The notes below the pieces were generated by a model, which did no database searches, was not told the DNA's origin, and saw only the letters and a list, made by a program, of their open reading frames with translations. Shown piece after piece: positions 8,262 through 15,731 of a stretch of 24,000 nucleotides of DNA. Source of the DNA: Synechococcus sp. RS9909 (GTDB lineage Bacteria > Cyanobacteriota > Cyanobacteriia > PCC-6307 > Cyanobiaceae); NCBI RefSeq assembly GCF_014279595.1, contig NZ_CP047943.1, positions 1,772,422 to 1,796,421 of the forward strand. Direction: 5' to 3'. The position numbers and the translations under genes were made by a program. How positions within the stretch are numbered: position 1 is the stretch's first letter; the number at the start of each line of letters is the position of its first letter.

Positions 8262-8762
8262 ATGCTGGAGCTGCTGCCTCCCCTTAACGACAAGAATCTT
8301 CCCTGGCTCGATGTGATCCACCCGATCGTGGTTCATTTCGTGATCGCGATGGCTCTGATCACGGTCGTCTTCGACTTCCTGGGCGTGCTGACCAAACGGC
8401 GCAACCTGTTTGAAGTCAGCTTCTGGAATCTGGTGGTGGCCACGGTGGCCATCTTCGTGGCGATCATCTTCGGGCAGATCGAAGCCGGGCTCGCCAACCC
8501 CTATGGCGCATCCCGCGACATCCTCAATTACCACAGCACCCTCGGCTGGTCCTTGGCCGGCGTGCTCGGCCTGCTGACCGGCTGGCGCTATGTGGTGCGG
8601 CAGAAAGACCCCACCAGCCTGCCTTCAGGCTTCCTGGTGATTGATGCGGTTCTGGCGGTGCTGGTGTTCTGCCAGGTCTATCTGGGCGACAAGCTGGTGT
8701 GGGTCTATGGGCTGCACACCGTGCCTGTGGTGGAAGCGGTGCGTAGCGGGGCACTCTCATGA
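8262..8762 (+). CDS. DUF2231-like integral membrane protein (4 TM, conserved His)
   Basis: ATG at 8262 (the track ORF begins at TTG 8256). IHPIVVHFVIAMALITVVFDFLG TM1 motif, four predicted TM segments. The stop overlaps the next start (ATGA 8759-8762). Confidence 0.7.
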   Translation: MLELLPPLNDKNLPWLDVIHPIVVHFVIAMALITVVFDFLGVLTKRRNLFEVSFWNLVVATVAIFVAIIFGQIEAGLANPYGASRDILNYHSTLGWSLAGVLGLLTGWRYVVRQKDPTSLPSGFLVIDAVLAVLVFCQVYLGDKLVWVYGLHTVPVVEAVRSGALS

Positions 8763-9394
8763 CCACCGTTTCGATGGATCTCCTGATCGAGATTGCGTCG
8801 CCGATCAATGACATCGTCGACCAACTCGGGGCCAACGATCTCCCCTATGCCATCCCCCTGCACCCCAACCTGGTGCACTTCACGATCGGCTTGTTCGCCA
8901 TCGGCATCGCCTTCGACTTCGCTGGCGCCTTCTATCCCCTCGAGAAGCGGGTGTTTCGGTTTCTGGCGCTGCCGGTGACCCGCACCGGCTTCCACGACGT
9001 GGGCTGGTACAACGTGCTCGCCTGCGCCGTGATCACCTTCTTCACGGTGGCTGCGGGGTTCTACGAAATGCTCCTGGCGGTGCCGCTGCCGGGGATCCGC
9101 AGTGTGATCGGCCAGAACGCGATCGACACCATGCTCTGGCATGCGATCGGCGGCGTTGCCCTGCTCCTGATCATCGTCGCCATGACGATCTGGCGGGGCT
9201 ATCAACGCTTTGTGTGGCGCAAGGACCTCGGCCGTCAGGTTACCTGGCTGTATCTGGGCTGCGGAGCGCTGATCCTGGTGATCATGGGCGTTCACGGCAG
9301 CCTCGGCGCCTGGCTTGCCAGCGAATTCGGCGTGCACATCACAGCGGATCAACTCCTCGCAGCCGGAGCCGATCTCCAAGAGGTTCTGCCATGA
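8759..9394 (+). CDS. DUF2231-like integral membrane protein, paralog of the preceding gene
   Basis: LHPNLVHFTIGLFAIGIAFDFAG TM1 motif and the same TM layout as 8262..8762. ATGA overlaps at both ends (8759-8762 and 9391-9394). Confidence 0.7.
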   Translation: MTTVSMDLLIEIASPINDIVDQLGANDLPYAIPLHPNLVHFTIGLFAIGIAFDFAGAFYPLEKRVFRFLALPVTRTGFHDVGWYNVLACAVITFFTVAAGFYEMLLAVPLPGIRSVIGQNAIDTMLWHAIGGVALLLIIVAMTIWRGYQRFVWRKDLGRQVTWLYLGCGALILVIMGVHGSLGAWLASEFGVHITADQLLAAGADLQEVLP

Positions 9395-10338
9395 CATCGA
9401 CAACCCCCAAAGGCAAGAGCGGTTGGCCGATCCGCCTCATCGCCGTCATCCTCCTGGCCACGGCCAGCGATGCCCTGCTGAGCTATCAGGTCTCGCAATG
9501 GGCCTATGGATGGCTGCCGGTGCCGGCTTCCACCGCAGCTCCCTATGTCGATGATCTCTTCAGCCTTGAAGTGGGAATCGGCGCCTTCATCTTCTTCGGT
9601 TGCACCGGTTTCATTCTTTGGTCGGTGCTGTTCAATCGGGCCGAGAAATACGACGAAAGCGATGGCCTGCCGATCGAAGGCAACAACAAACTGGAGGTCA
9701 CCTGGACGGTGATTCCTTTCATCATCGTGATGATTCTGGCCTATCAGGCCATCCACGTGAGTGAAACCCTCTCAGCCCTCGGCCCCAAGGTGAAATACGA
9801 CGTGGAAGGGGGCCTGAGCCCAGACACGGCCATTGTGACGGGAGTGCGGGATGACATTGGCCCCATCGATGTGATCGCAAGGCAGTGGAGCTGGGAGTTC
9901 ATCTATCCCAACGGCGTGCACAGCTCAGAACTCCATCTCCCCCTCGATCAGCGGGCCAATTTCCGCATGAGCAGCGAGGATGTGATCCATGGTTTCTTTG
10001 TGCCCGCCTTCCGCCTGAAGCAGGACATCGTTCCCGGCAGCGTGATTTCCTACAGCATCACACCCACCCGAGAAGGGCGTTATCGCCTTCGGGATTCCCA
10101 GTTCAGCGGTGCTTATTTCTCCCAGAATCAAACCGATGTGGTGGTGGAGAGCGAAGATATGTTCAACGCCTGGTTGAAACAAAGTGCTGCCAATCCCCTG
10201 GTTCCCGGATTGAGCCCGGGAACGGCCCTCTACAACGAGCGCCTCGCCAAGGGCAATAAGGGCTGGGCCACGGTGCCACCGGCACCGCCTCCGATGGTGA
10301 ATGATCCCGGCAATCCCGACGCTCCTCACGACGCCTGA
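9391..10338 (+). CDS. ctaC: Heme-copper oxidase subunit II lacking the CuA site (ARTO/CtaCII type)
   Basis: 315 aa from the ATG at 9391. Two N-terminal TM segments plus a cupredoxin domain (DVIHGFFVPAFRLKQDIVPG). Where CuA oxidases read CAELCGxxHxxM, this protein reads RDSQFSGAYFSQN. Confidence 0.85.
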   Translation: MTSTTPKGKSGWPIRLIAVILLATASDALLSYQVSQWAYGWLPVPASTAAPYVDDLFSLEVGIGAFIFFGCTGFILWSVLFNRAEKYDESDGLPIEGNNKLEVTWTVIPFIIVMILAYQAIHVSETLSALGPKVKYDVEGGLSPDTAIVTGVRDDIGPIDVIARQWSWEFIYPNGVHSSELHLPLDQRANFRMSSEDVIHGFFVPAFRLKQDIVPGSVISYSITPTREGRYRLRDSQFSGAYFSQNQTDVVVESEDMFNAWLKQSAANPLVPGLSPGTALYNERLAKGNKGWATVPPAPPPMVNDPGNPDAPHDA

Positions 10339-10343
10339 CCCCG

Positions 10344-12032
10344 ATGACGACCACCAAGTACGACCCGAGAGTTCTCAAGGCGCCCCATCCGGTGCCCGGT
10401 GCGCCCGACAACTGGAAGCGGTTCTTCACCTTCAACACCGACGCCAAGGTGATCGGCATCCAGTACATGGGCCTGTCCCTGTTCTTCCTGCTGGTGGGAG
10501 GACTGCTGGCCATGGTGATGCGCGGTGAACTGATCACACCGCCATCGGATCTGGTGGATCCCACCGTTTACAACGGTCTTTACACCATGCATGGAACAGT
10601 GATGCTGTTCCTGTTTCTGTTCCCGATTCTCAACGGCTTCAACAACCTGCTGATCCCCACCATGATCGGCGCCCCCGACATGGCCTTCCCGAAAGTGAAC
10701 GCCGCCGCCTTCTGGCTGGTTCCGGTGTTCTCGGTGGTGCTGCTCTCCAGCTTTTTCGTGCCAGGAGGTCCGGCCTCAGCCGGTTGGTGGTCCTATCCAC
10801 CGGTGAGCATCCAGAACCCGCTCGGCCACTTCCTCAACGGTGAATTTCTTTGGATTCTCGCCGTGGCCCTCTCGGGGATCTCTTCGATCTTGGGCGCGCT
10901 GAATTTCGTGACCACAATCATTCGCATGCGGGCCCCTGGCATGGGCTTTTTCCGGATGCCCGTGTTCGTCTGGACCGCCTGGGCAGCCCAGACCCTGCAG
11001 TTGGTGGGCCTGCCCGCCCTGACCGGTGGGGCGATCATGCTGCTCTTTGACCTGAGCTTCGGCACCAGCTTTTTCCGGCCCGAAGGTGGCGGCGATCCGG
11101 TGCTCTATCAACACTTTTTCTGGTTCTATTCGCACCCGGCGGTGTATGTGATGGTGCTGCCGGTGTTCGGCATCTTCTCCGAGCTGATCACCGTGTATTC
11201 GCGCAAGCCTCTGTTTGGCTACAAGTTTGTGGCGATCGCCTCCTTCATCATCACCTTCCTGGGCTTGATCGTGTGGGTGCACCACATGTTCTATTCAGGT
11301 ACGCCCCAGTGGATGCGCAACATCTTCATCGTCACCACGATGCTGATCGCCGTGCCCACCGGCGTGAAGGTGTTCGCCTGGCTCGGCACGCTTTGGGGAG
11401 GAAAGATCCGACTCACCACGCCGATGCTGTTCGTGCTTGGTGGTGTGGTGAATTTCATTCTGGGTGGTGTTACTGGAATCATGCTCGGCACCGCACCGAT
11501 CGACATCCATGTGGGCAACACCTATTTTGTGGTGGCTCACTTCCACTACATCATCTTCAACACGATCGGCTTCGGAATCTTTGCCGGCATCTACCACTGG
11601 TTCCCCAAGTTCACCGGCCGCATGTATTACGAAGGCCTCGGCAAAATTCATTTTGTGCTCACCTTCATCGGTGCCACCCTCAACTGGCTGCCGATGCACT
11701 GGGCTGGCCTTTACGGCATGCCCCGTCGCGTTGCCTCCTACGACCCTGAATTCGCCATCTGGAACGTGATTGCCAGCATCGGCGCCTTCATGCTCGGCGT
11801 CGCTTCGATCCCCTTCATCCTCAACATCGTCAGCTCCTGGGCCCGCGGCGCCAAGGCCTCCGCCAACCCCTGGAACGCGATCGGCCTCGAATGGCTGCTT
11901 CCCTCACCGCCACCGGCTGAGAACTTCGAGGATGACGTTCCCACCGTGATCAGCGAGCCCTATGGCTATGGCCTGGGCAAGCCCCTCGTAAAGGACGAGG
12001 AGTATTACATCCGCCGTTCCATGGAGGCGTGA
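10344..12032 (+). CDS. ctaD: Heme-copper oxidase subunit I (A2 type)
   Basis: YTMHGTVMLF (heme a His), WFYSHPAVYVMVLP (CuB His, cross-link Tyr, YS motif), VWVHHMF (CuB His pair), VVAHFHYIIF (heme a3/a His). Confidence 0.95.
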   Translation: MTTTKYDPRVLKAPHPVPGAPDNWKRFFTFNTDAKVIGIQYMGLSLFFLLVGGLLAMVMRGELITPPSDLVDPTVYNGLYTMHGTVMLFLFLFPILNGFNNLLIPTMIGAPDMAFPKVNAAAFWLVPVFSVVLLSSFFVPGGPASAGWWSYPPVSIQNPLGHFLNGEFLWILAVALSGISSILGALNFVTTIIRMRAPGMGFFRMPVFVWTAWAAQTLQLVGLPALTGGAIMLLFDLSFGTSFFRPEGGGDPVLYQHFFWFYSHPAVYVMVLPVFGIFSELITVYSRKPLFGYKFVAIASFIITFLGLIVWVHHMFYSGTPQWMRNIFIVTTMLIAVPTGVKVFAWLGTLWGGKIRLTTPMLFVLGGVVNFILGGVTGIMLGTAPIDIHVGNTYFVVAHFHYIIFNTIGFGIFAGIYHWFPKFTGRMYYEGLGKIHFVLTFIGATLNWLPMHWAGLYGMPRRVASYDPEFAIWNVIASIGAFMLGVASIPFILNIVSSWARGAKASANPWNAIGLEWLLPSPPPAENFEDDVPTVISEPYGYGLGKPLVKDEEYYIRRSMEA

Positions 12033-12643
12033 AACCAATGACTTCAGCGAGCCAAGACCTCAACCTCAATCACGAGCCAGGCCACATCAAGCACGATGGC
12101 CACAACCTCACTGGCTTCATCATCTTTCTCTGCTCAGAGAGCATCATCTTTCTGGCTTTCTTCAGCGGCTTTGCCCTGCTAAAGCTCACCAGCCCCGAAT
12201 GGCTTCCGGAAGGGGTGGAAGGCTTGGAGACCAAGCTGCCCCTGATCAACACGATTGTGCTGGTGAGCTCCAGCTTTGTGGCCTACTTCGCAGAGCGTTA
12301 TCTCCACAAGGAAAACCTCTGGGGATTTCGGGCTCTCTGGCTGCTCACCATGGCGATGGGCACCTATTTCGTGTATGGGCAATACGTGGAATGGTCGGAG
12401 CTTCCCTTCAGTCTCTCCAATGGTGTGTTCGGGGGCACGTTCTATCTGCTCACCGGATTTCATGGCCTGCATGTGATCACGGGCATCCTCTTGATGGCCC
12501 TGATGCTGTTCCGTTCCTTCCGTCCCAACAATTACGCCAAGGGCGACATGGGGGTCACCTCCGTGAGCCTGTTCTGGCACTTTGTGGATGTGATCTGGAT
12601 CATTCTCTACATCCTGATCTACGTGTGGCAGCGCCACACCTGA
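12029..12643 (+). CDS. ctaE: Heme-copper oxidase subunit III
   Basis: FYLLTGFHGLHVITG and SLFWHFVDVIWIILY signatures. The GTG at 12029 overlaps the ctaD stop (GTGA); the ATG at 12038 is an alternative start. Confidence 0.9.
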   Translation: MKPMTSASQDLNLNHEPGHIKHDGHNLTGFIIFLCSESIIFLAFFSGFALLKLTSPEWLPEGVEGLETKLPLINTIVLVSSSFVAYFAERYLHKENLWGFRALWLLTMAMGTYFVYGQYVEWSELPFSLSNGVFGGTFYLLTGFHGLHVITGILLMALMLFRSFRPNNYAKGDMGVTSVSLFWHFVDVIWIILYILIYVWQRHT

Positions 12644-12667
12644 GTCGTTCCCTACCTGAATCGAGCC

Positions 12668-14188
12668 ATGATCATCGATGATTGCCACTACGACGTCATC
12701 ATCATCGGCAGCGGTGCCGGTGGTGGAACCCTGGCCGGTGCCCTGAGCCGCAAGGGGCACAAGGTGCTGCTGTTGGAGCGGGGCGGCGCCATGGCTCTGG
12801 AGGATCAGAACGTGGCCGATGTGGATCTGTTCAGGAAAGATCGCTACCACCCCAAAAATGAGCGCTGGTTCGGTCCTGACGGTGATCCCTTCGCTCCCCA
12901 GACCACCTATGCCCTGGGGGGCAACACCAAAATCTGGGGAGCTGCCCTGGAACGGATGCGCGAGAAAGATTTCGGCGAAATCCCACTCCAGGACGGCGTG
13001 TCACCAAGCTGGCCTTTCGATTACGCCAGCCTGGCGCCTTACTACGACGCCGCCGAAGCGCTCTATCAGGTGCATGGCCAAGCGGGTGTGGACCCCACGG
13101 AGCCGTCACGGTCGACACCTTTTCCCCACGCCCCGAAGCCGCTGCTTCCTTTCCTGGAACCATTGCGCGATGGCCTGCAGCGTCAGGGGTGTCAGCCCTA
13201 TGACCTCCCCCTGAGCTGGTCGACCGATCCCGAGGATCCTTCCGGCGACGCCCAGATTTTCGGCCTGAACCAGGCCGACCCCAACACGCTGGAGACGCGA
13301 GCCCTGGCGCGGGTGACCCGCCTGCACACCAGCCCCGATGGACGGGAGGTGAAAGGGGTGGAGGCCGAAGTGGCCGGGGACCTGTGGTTGTTCAGCGCTG
13401 ATCTGGTGGTGCTGGCCGCCGGCGCGATCAACAGCGCAGCCATCCTGCTGCGCTCCAGCTCCGATCGGCATCCACGCGGCCTGAGCAACGGCTCCGACCA
13501 GGTGGGCCGCAACCTGATGAATCTGCAGCTCACCTCAATCCTGCAGCTGGCGGCAGAGCCGAATAGCGGACGTTACGCCCGCTCTCTCGGCATCAACGAC
13601 TACTACTGGGGAGACAAGAACGTCAGCTTTCCGCTCGGTCATCTCCAGAGTGCCGGCGGCGTCTTGCAGGACGCCCTGTTTGCGGAGTCGCCGCCAGTGC
13701 TCTCCCTGGTGAGCAAGCTGATCCCCGATTTCGGTCTCGAACGACTCGCCTCCCGTTCGGTGGCCTGGTGGGCGATGACCGAAGTGCGACCCGATCCCCA
13801 CAACAAAGTGTGGCTTCACAACGACCAGATCAGGATCAACTACCTCCACAACAATCGAGAGGCTCACGATCGCCTGGTGTATCGCTGGATCGACACCCTC
13901 AAAGCGGTGGAGGCTGATCCGGTGACCCGGGTCGTGACCTCAGCGCCCACCCACCCGCGCGGCGAAGCTCCCCTGAGCGTGGTGGGTTATGCCTGCGGAA
14001 CCTGCCGGATGGGACAGGATGCGGCCGCCTCAGTGGTGGATGCCACCGGCAAGTGCCATGAACTCAACAACCTCTACCTGGCCGACGCCAGCGTGTTCCC
14101 CAGCTGCCCGAGCGTTGGCCCTGGTCTCACCGTGATTGCCCTGGCCCTCAGGCTCGCCGATCAGCTCGATCAGCGCCTTCAGGGCTGA
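12668..14188 (+). CDS. GMC-family FAD-dependent oxidoreductase
   Basis: N-terminal YDVIIIGSGAGGGTLAGALSRKGHKVLLLERGG (Rossmann FAD fold). C-terminal GTCRMG...NLYLADASVFPSCPSVGPGLTVIALALRLA (GMC C-terminal domain). Starts 24 nt after ctaE. Confidence 0.85.
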   Translation: MIIDDCHYDVIIIGSGAGGGTLAGALSRKGHKVLLLERGGAMALEDQNVADVDLFRKDRYHPKNERWFGPDGDPFAPQTTYALGGNTKIWGAALERMREKDFGEIPLQDGVSPSWPFDYASLAPYYDAAEALYQVHGQAGVDPTEPSRSTPFPHAPKPLLPFLEPLRDGLQRQGCQPYDLPLSWSTDPEDPSGDAQIFGLNQADPNTLETRALARVTRLHTSPDGREVKGVEAEVAGDLWLFSADLVVLAAGAINSAAILLRSSSDRHPRGLSNGSDQVGRNLMNLQLTSILQLAAEPNSGRYARSLGINDYYWGDKNVSFPLGHLQSAGGVLQDALFAESPPVLSLVSKLIPDFGLERLASRSVAWWAMTEVRPDPHNKVWLHNDQIRINYLHNNREAHDRLVYRWIDTLKAVEADPVTRVVTSAPTHPRGEAPLSVVGYACGTCRMGQDAAASVVDATGKCHELNNLYLADASVFPSCPSVGPGLTVIALALRLADQLDQRLQG

Positions 14189-14237
14189 GCCTGAGGCGCA
14201 CGGCATCACAGCGGGCCTCCATCACGACCGACGCCAT

Positions 14238-14705
14238 TCACTCACCGAGGAGGAAGGCGCGCAGAGAACCGATCGCACCAGCCTGAGACGGTTCCGATAC
14301 CAGCGCTCCCAGCACCAGACCACCGGCAAGAACACCATTGGGCAGAAAACGGGAGGCCAGCCGGGCCTCCAGTTCGGCATTGATGTCGTCGTTGGGGTAG
14401 AGGCTGAGCACAGCCATCACTTCCCGATCATCCATGAACTCTCGCACCAGGGGGGTGAGGAGAACATCGGGAAGAAATCCCTGTTCACGGCCGAACTGAT
14501 GCTGGAGGCCATGAAACAGTTCGTGGCGGGCCACCTCCGCCATGCTGCGTCGCTTGCGACGCGCCACCTCGGGGCAAAGGCTCACCCTCTGCTGCGCGGG
14601 ATCAAAACTGCCGACAAGGTTGCTGATCGCGTAACAGCCGCTTCCTCCCTCCACCACGTGAATGCCCGCCAACGACGACACCAGAAAAAGCAGAAACAGG
14701 GGCAT
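14238..14705 (-). CDS. Hypothetical small secreted/membrane protein with an HExxH motif
   Basis: Signal-like N-terminus MPLFLLFLVSSLAGIHV, ARHELFHGLQH (HExxHxxxH), hydrophobic C-terminal stretch LPNGVLAGGLVLGALV. The antisense ORF 14136..14726 is R/H/Q-rich and overlaps the GMC gene, so I prefer the minus frame. Confidence 0.5.
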   Translation of the reverse strand: MPLFLLFLVSSLAGIHVVEGGSGCYAISNLVGSFDPAQQRVSLCPEVARRKRRSMAEVARHELFHGLQHQFGREQGFLPDVLLTPLVREFMDDREVMAVLSLYPNDDINAELEARLASRFLPNGVLAGGLVLGALVSEPSQAGAIGSLRAFLLGE

Positions 14706-14707
14706 CG

Positions 14708-14730
14708 AGGGTTAACGCATTCTTAACCCT
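14708..14730. promoter_or_regulatory. Perfect 8-bp inverted repeat AGGGTTAA-N7-TTAACCCT
   Basis: Read directly at 14708-14715 and 14723-14730. It lies 3 nt upstream of the ATG of the HExxH gene and 47 nt downstream of the TonB-like stop. It could be a weak hairpin or a protein-binding palindrome. Confidence 0.35.
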
Positions 14731-14776
14731 TCCATCATGAAAGGTCTCACCGGATTCCCACAGTCCGTTTGAATAC

Positions 14777-15409
14777 CTATTCGAAGGGTCGACGTCCGAT
14801 CCAGACCCCCTGATCGTCAGCCCGCACCAGAAACTGATCGGCGTCGGATGTGAGGCTCAAACGGTTCAACTGCTTCACGTTGACGCCAGGAAAGGCCGTG
14901 AGGGGCAAGCGCCGGAGCTGAATCCCCTCAGGCAGTGGGCCGAAACGCTCCGGCCAGCTCCCCGCCACCGTTCCCTCCTCCCAACGGGCCCGGATCATCT
15001 CCACCGACAGCCCTGAAGCCACAGCGACAGGCTTGCCCCTGTCGACAGCTTTGTCCTTCGCAACAGCCTTATCCTCCAAAGCACTCGGAGGACAGGCCGG
15101 GGGCTTTTCGGCACCGGGCTTGGCAGCCGCATCCTTGGCCTCGACCAGCTCCGGTGGCGGCGGCAACTTGGCACTGAGGGTGAGCAGGGAGGAGGGCACC
15201 AGCGGCTCCTGTCCGCCCAGGCGCCGGCTCAGCCTCACGAGCTGGCGCGTGTTGTCCACCACCGTGGCCGCAGCGGCGGGAGGCGCGGCTCGGCTGCGCC
15301 AGCTGGAGGCACCGATCACCACCGCATGGATCACGATGGCCACGGCAACAGGAAGGGCCAGGGGCCACGCCTCAGGGGCGCGCCGGAGGAGGGAGTTCAA
15401 GGTCCACAT
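14777..15409 (-). CDS. TonB/TolA-like energy-transducer candidate: TonB-type TM anchor, Pro/Ala-rich spacer, non-TonB C-terminal domain
   Basis: 210 aa from the internal ATG at 15409: MWTLNSLLRRAPEAWPLALPVAVAIVIHAVVIGASSW resembles E. coli TonB LPRRFPWPTLLSVCIHGAVVAGLL (RR-x-P, WP, TM His). Spacer KLPPPPELVEAKDAAAKPGAEKPPACPP. The C-terminal ~90 aa lack the TonB_C pattern. Overlaps the upstream ExbD-like gene by 38 nt. Confidence 0.5.
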   Translation of the reverse strand: MWTLNSLLRRAPEAWPLALPVAVAIVIHAVVIGASSWRSRAAPPAAAATVVDNTRQLVRLSRRLGGQEPLVPSSLLTLSAKLPPPPELVEAKDAAAKPGAEKPPACPPSALEDKAVAKDKAVDRGKPVAVASGLSVEMIRARWEEGTVAGSWPERFGPLPEGIQLRRLPLTAFPGVNVKQLNRLSLTSDADQFLVRADDQGVWIGRRPFE

Positions 15410-15731
15410 GGAGCGTGCTGGAGTCAAGTCGGGGGAGCAGGTCTTGAACCACACCCCAGGGAACCTGGGGTGCCACCACCAAGCGAACGCGCGTGCTGGA
15501 ATCCAGGCGTTCGGCGCGCCGCAGCAGAGCGGGCAGGGCGGTGGCGGCAATCGGGCGGTTCCAGAGTCGGAGCGAGCCATCGGCGGTCAGATGGAGACTG
15601 ACCAGTCCCTGCCGTGCCGGCAACTGCCGCTGCCACTGGGGCATCACCACCGCTGCGGTGGCGAGGAGCGCAACGCAGACACTGGAAGCAGCGAAGGCCA
15701 GCGCCCAGGGCGCTGAAGGCGTCTCGTTCAT
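15372..15731 (-). CDS. ExbD/TolR-like biopolymer transport protein (copy 2)
   Basis: 119 aa with a single N-terminal TM. The periplasmic part LHLTADGSLRLWNRPIAATALPALLRRA...TRVRLVVAPQVPWGVVQDLLPRL aligns by eye to E. coli ExbD LSVKADNSMFIGNDPVTDETMITALNAL...TTIFFRGDKTVDYETLMKVMDTL. ATGA overlap with the upstream gene. Confidence 0.55.
   Translation of the reverse strand: MNETPSAPWALAFAASSVCVALLATAAVVMPQWQRQLPARQGLVSLHLTADGSLRLWNRPIAATALPALLRRAERLDSSTRVRLVVAPQVPWGVVQDLLPRLDSSTLHVDLELPPPARP

Noticed and set aside
9214-9390. Upstream extension of ctaC (track ORF starts at 9214)
   Set aside because: It lies entirely inside the second DUF2231-like gene in another frame and is Arg/Ser/Pro-rich. 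The ATGA-coupled ATG at 9391 precedes the expected TM segments.
9391-12643. Apparently lower GC of the oxidase genes as a sign of horizontal transfer
   Set aside because: The drop is plausibly explained by the Phe/Ile/Leu/Tyr-rich composition of integral membrane subunits. I did not compute it, and HIP1 is present inside ctaD (11232), so I do not claim foreign origin.
14189-14237. Terminator between the convergent GMC and HExxH genes
   Set aside because: Only 4-5 bp complementary stretches (gaggc/gcctc) are present. This is too weak to call.
14136-14726. 196-aa + ORF overlapping the GMC 3' end and the HExxH gene
   Set aside because: Its composition is R/H/Q/K-rich and it overlaps a well-supported gene. 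The minus frame has a signal peptide and an HExxH motif. The minus call is itself only moderate confidence.
15409-15580. Upstream extension of the TonB-like ORF (MARSDSGTARLPPPPCPLCC...)
   Set aside because: It would overlap about 200 nt of the ExbD-like gene. The TonB-type RR-P-WP-TM(His) anchor begins right after the internal ATG at 15409.
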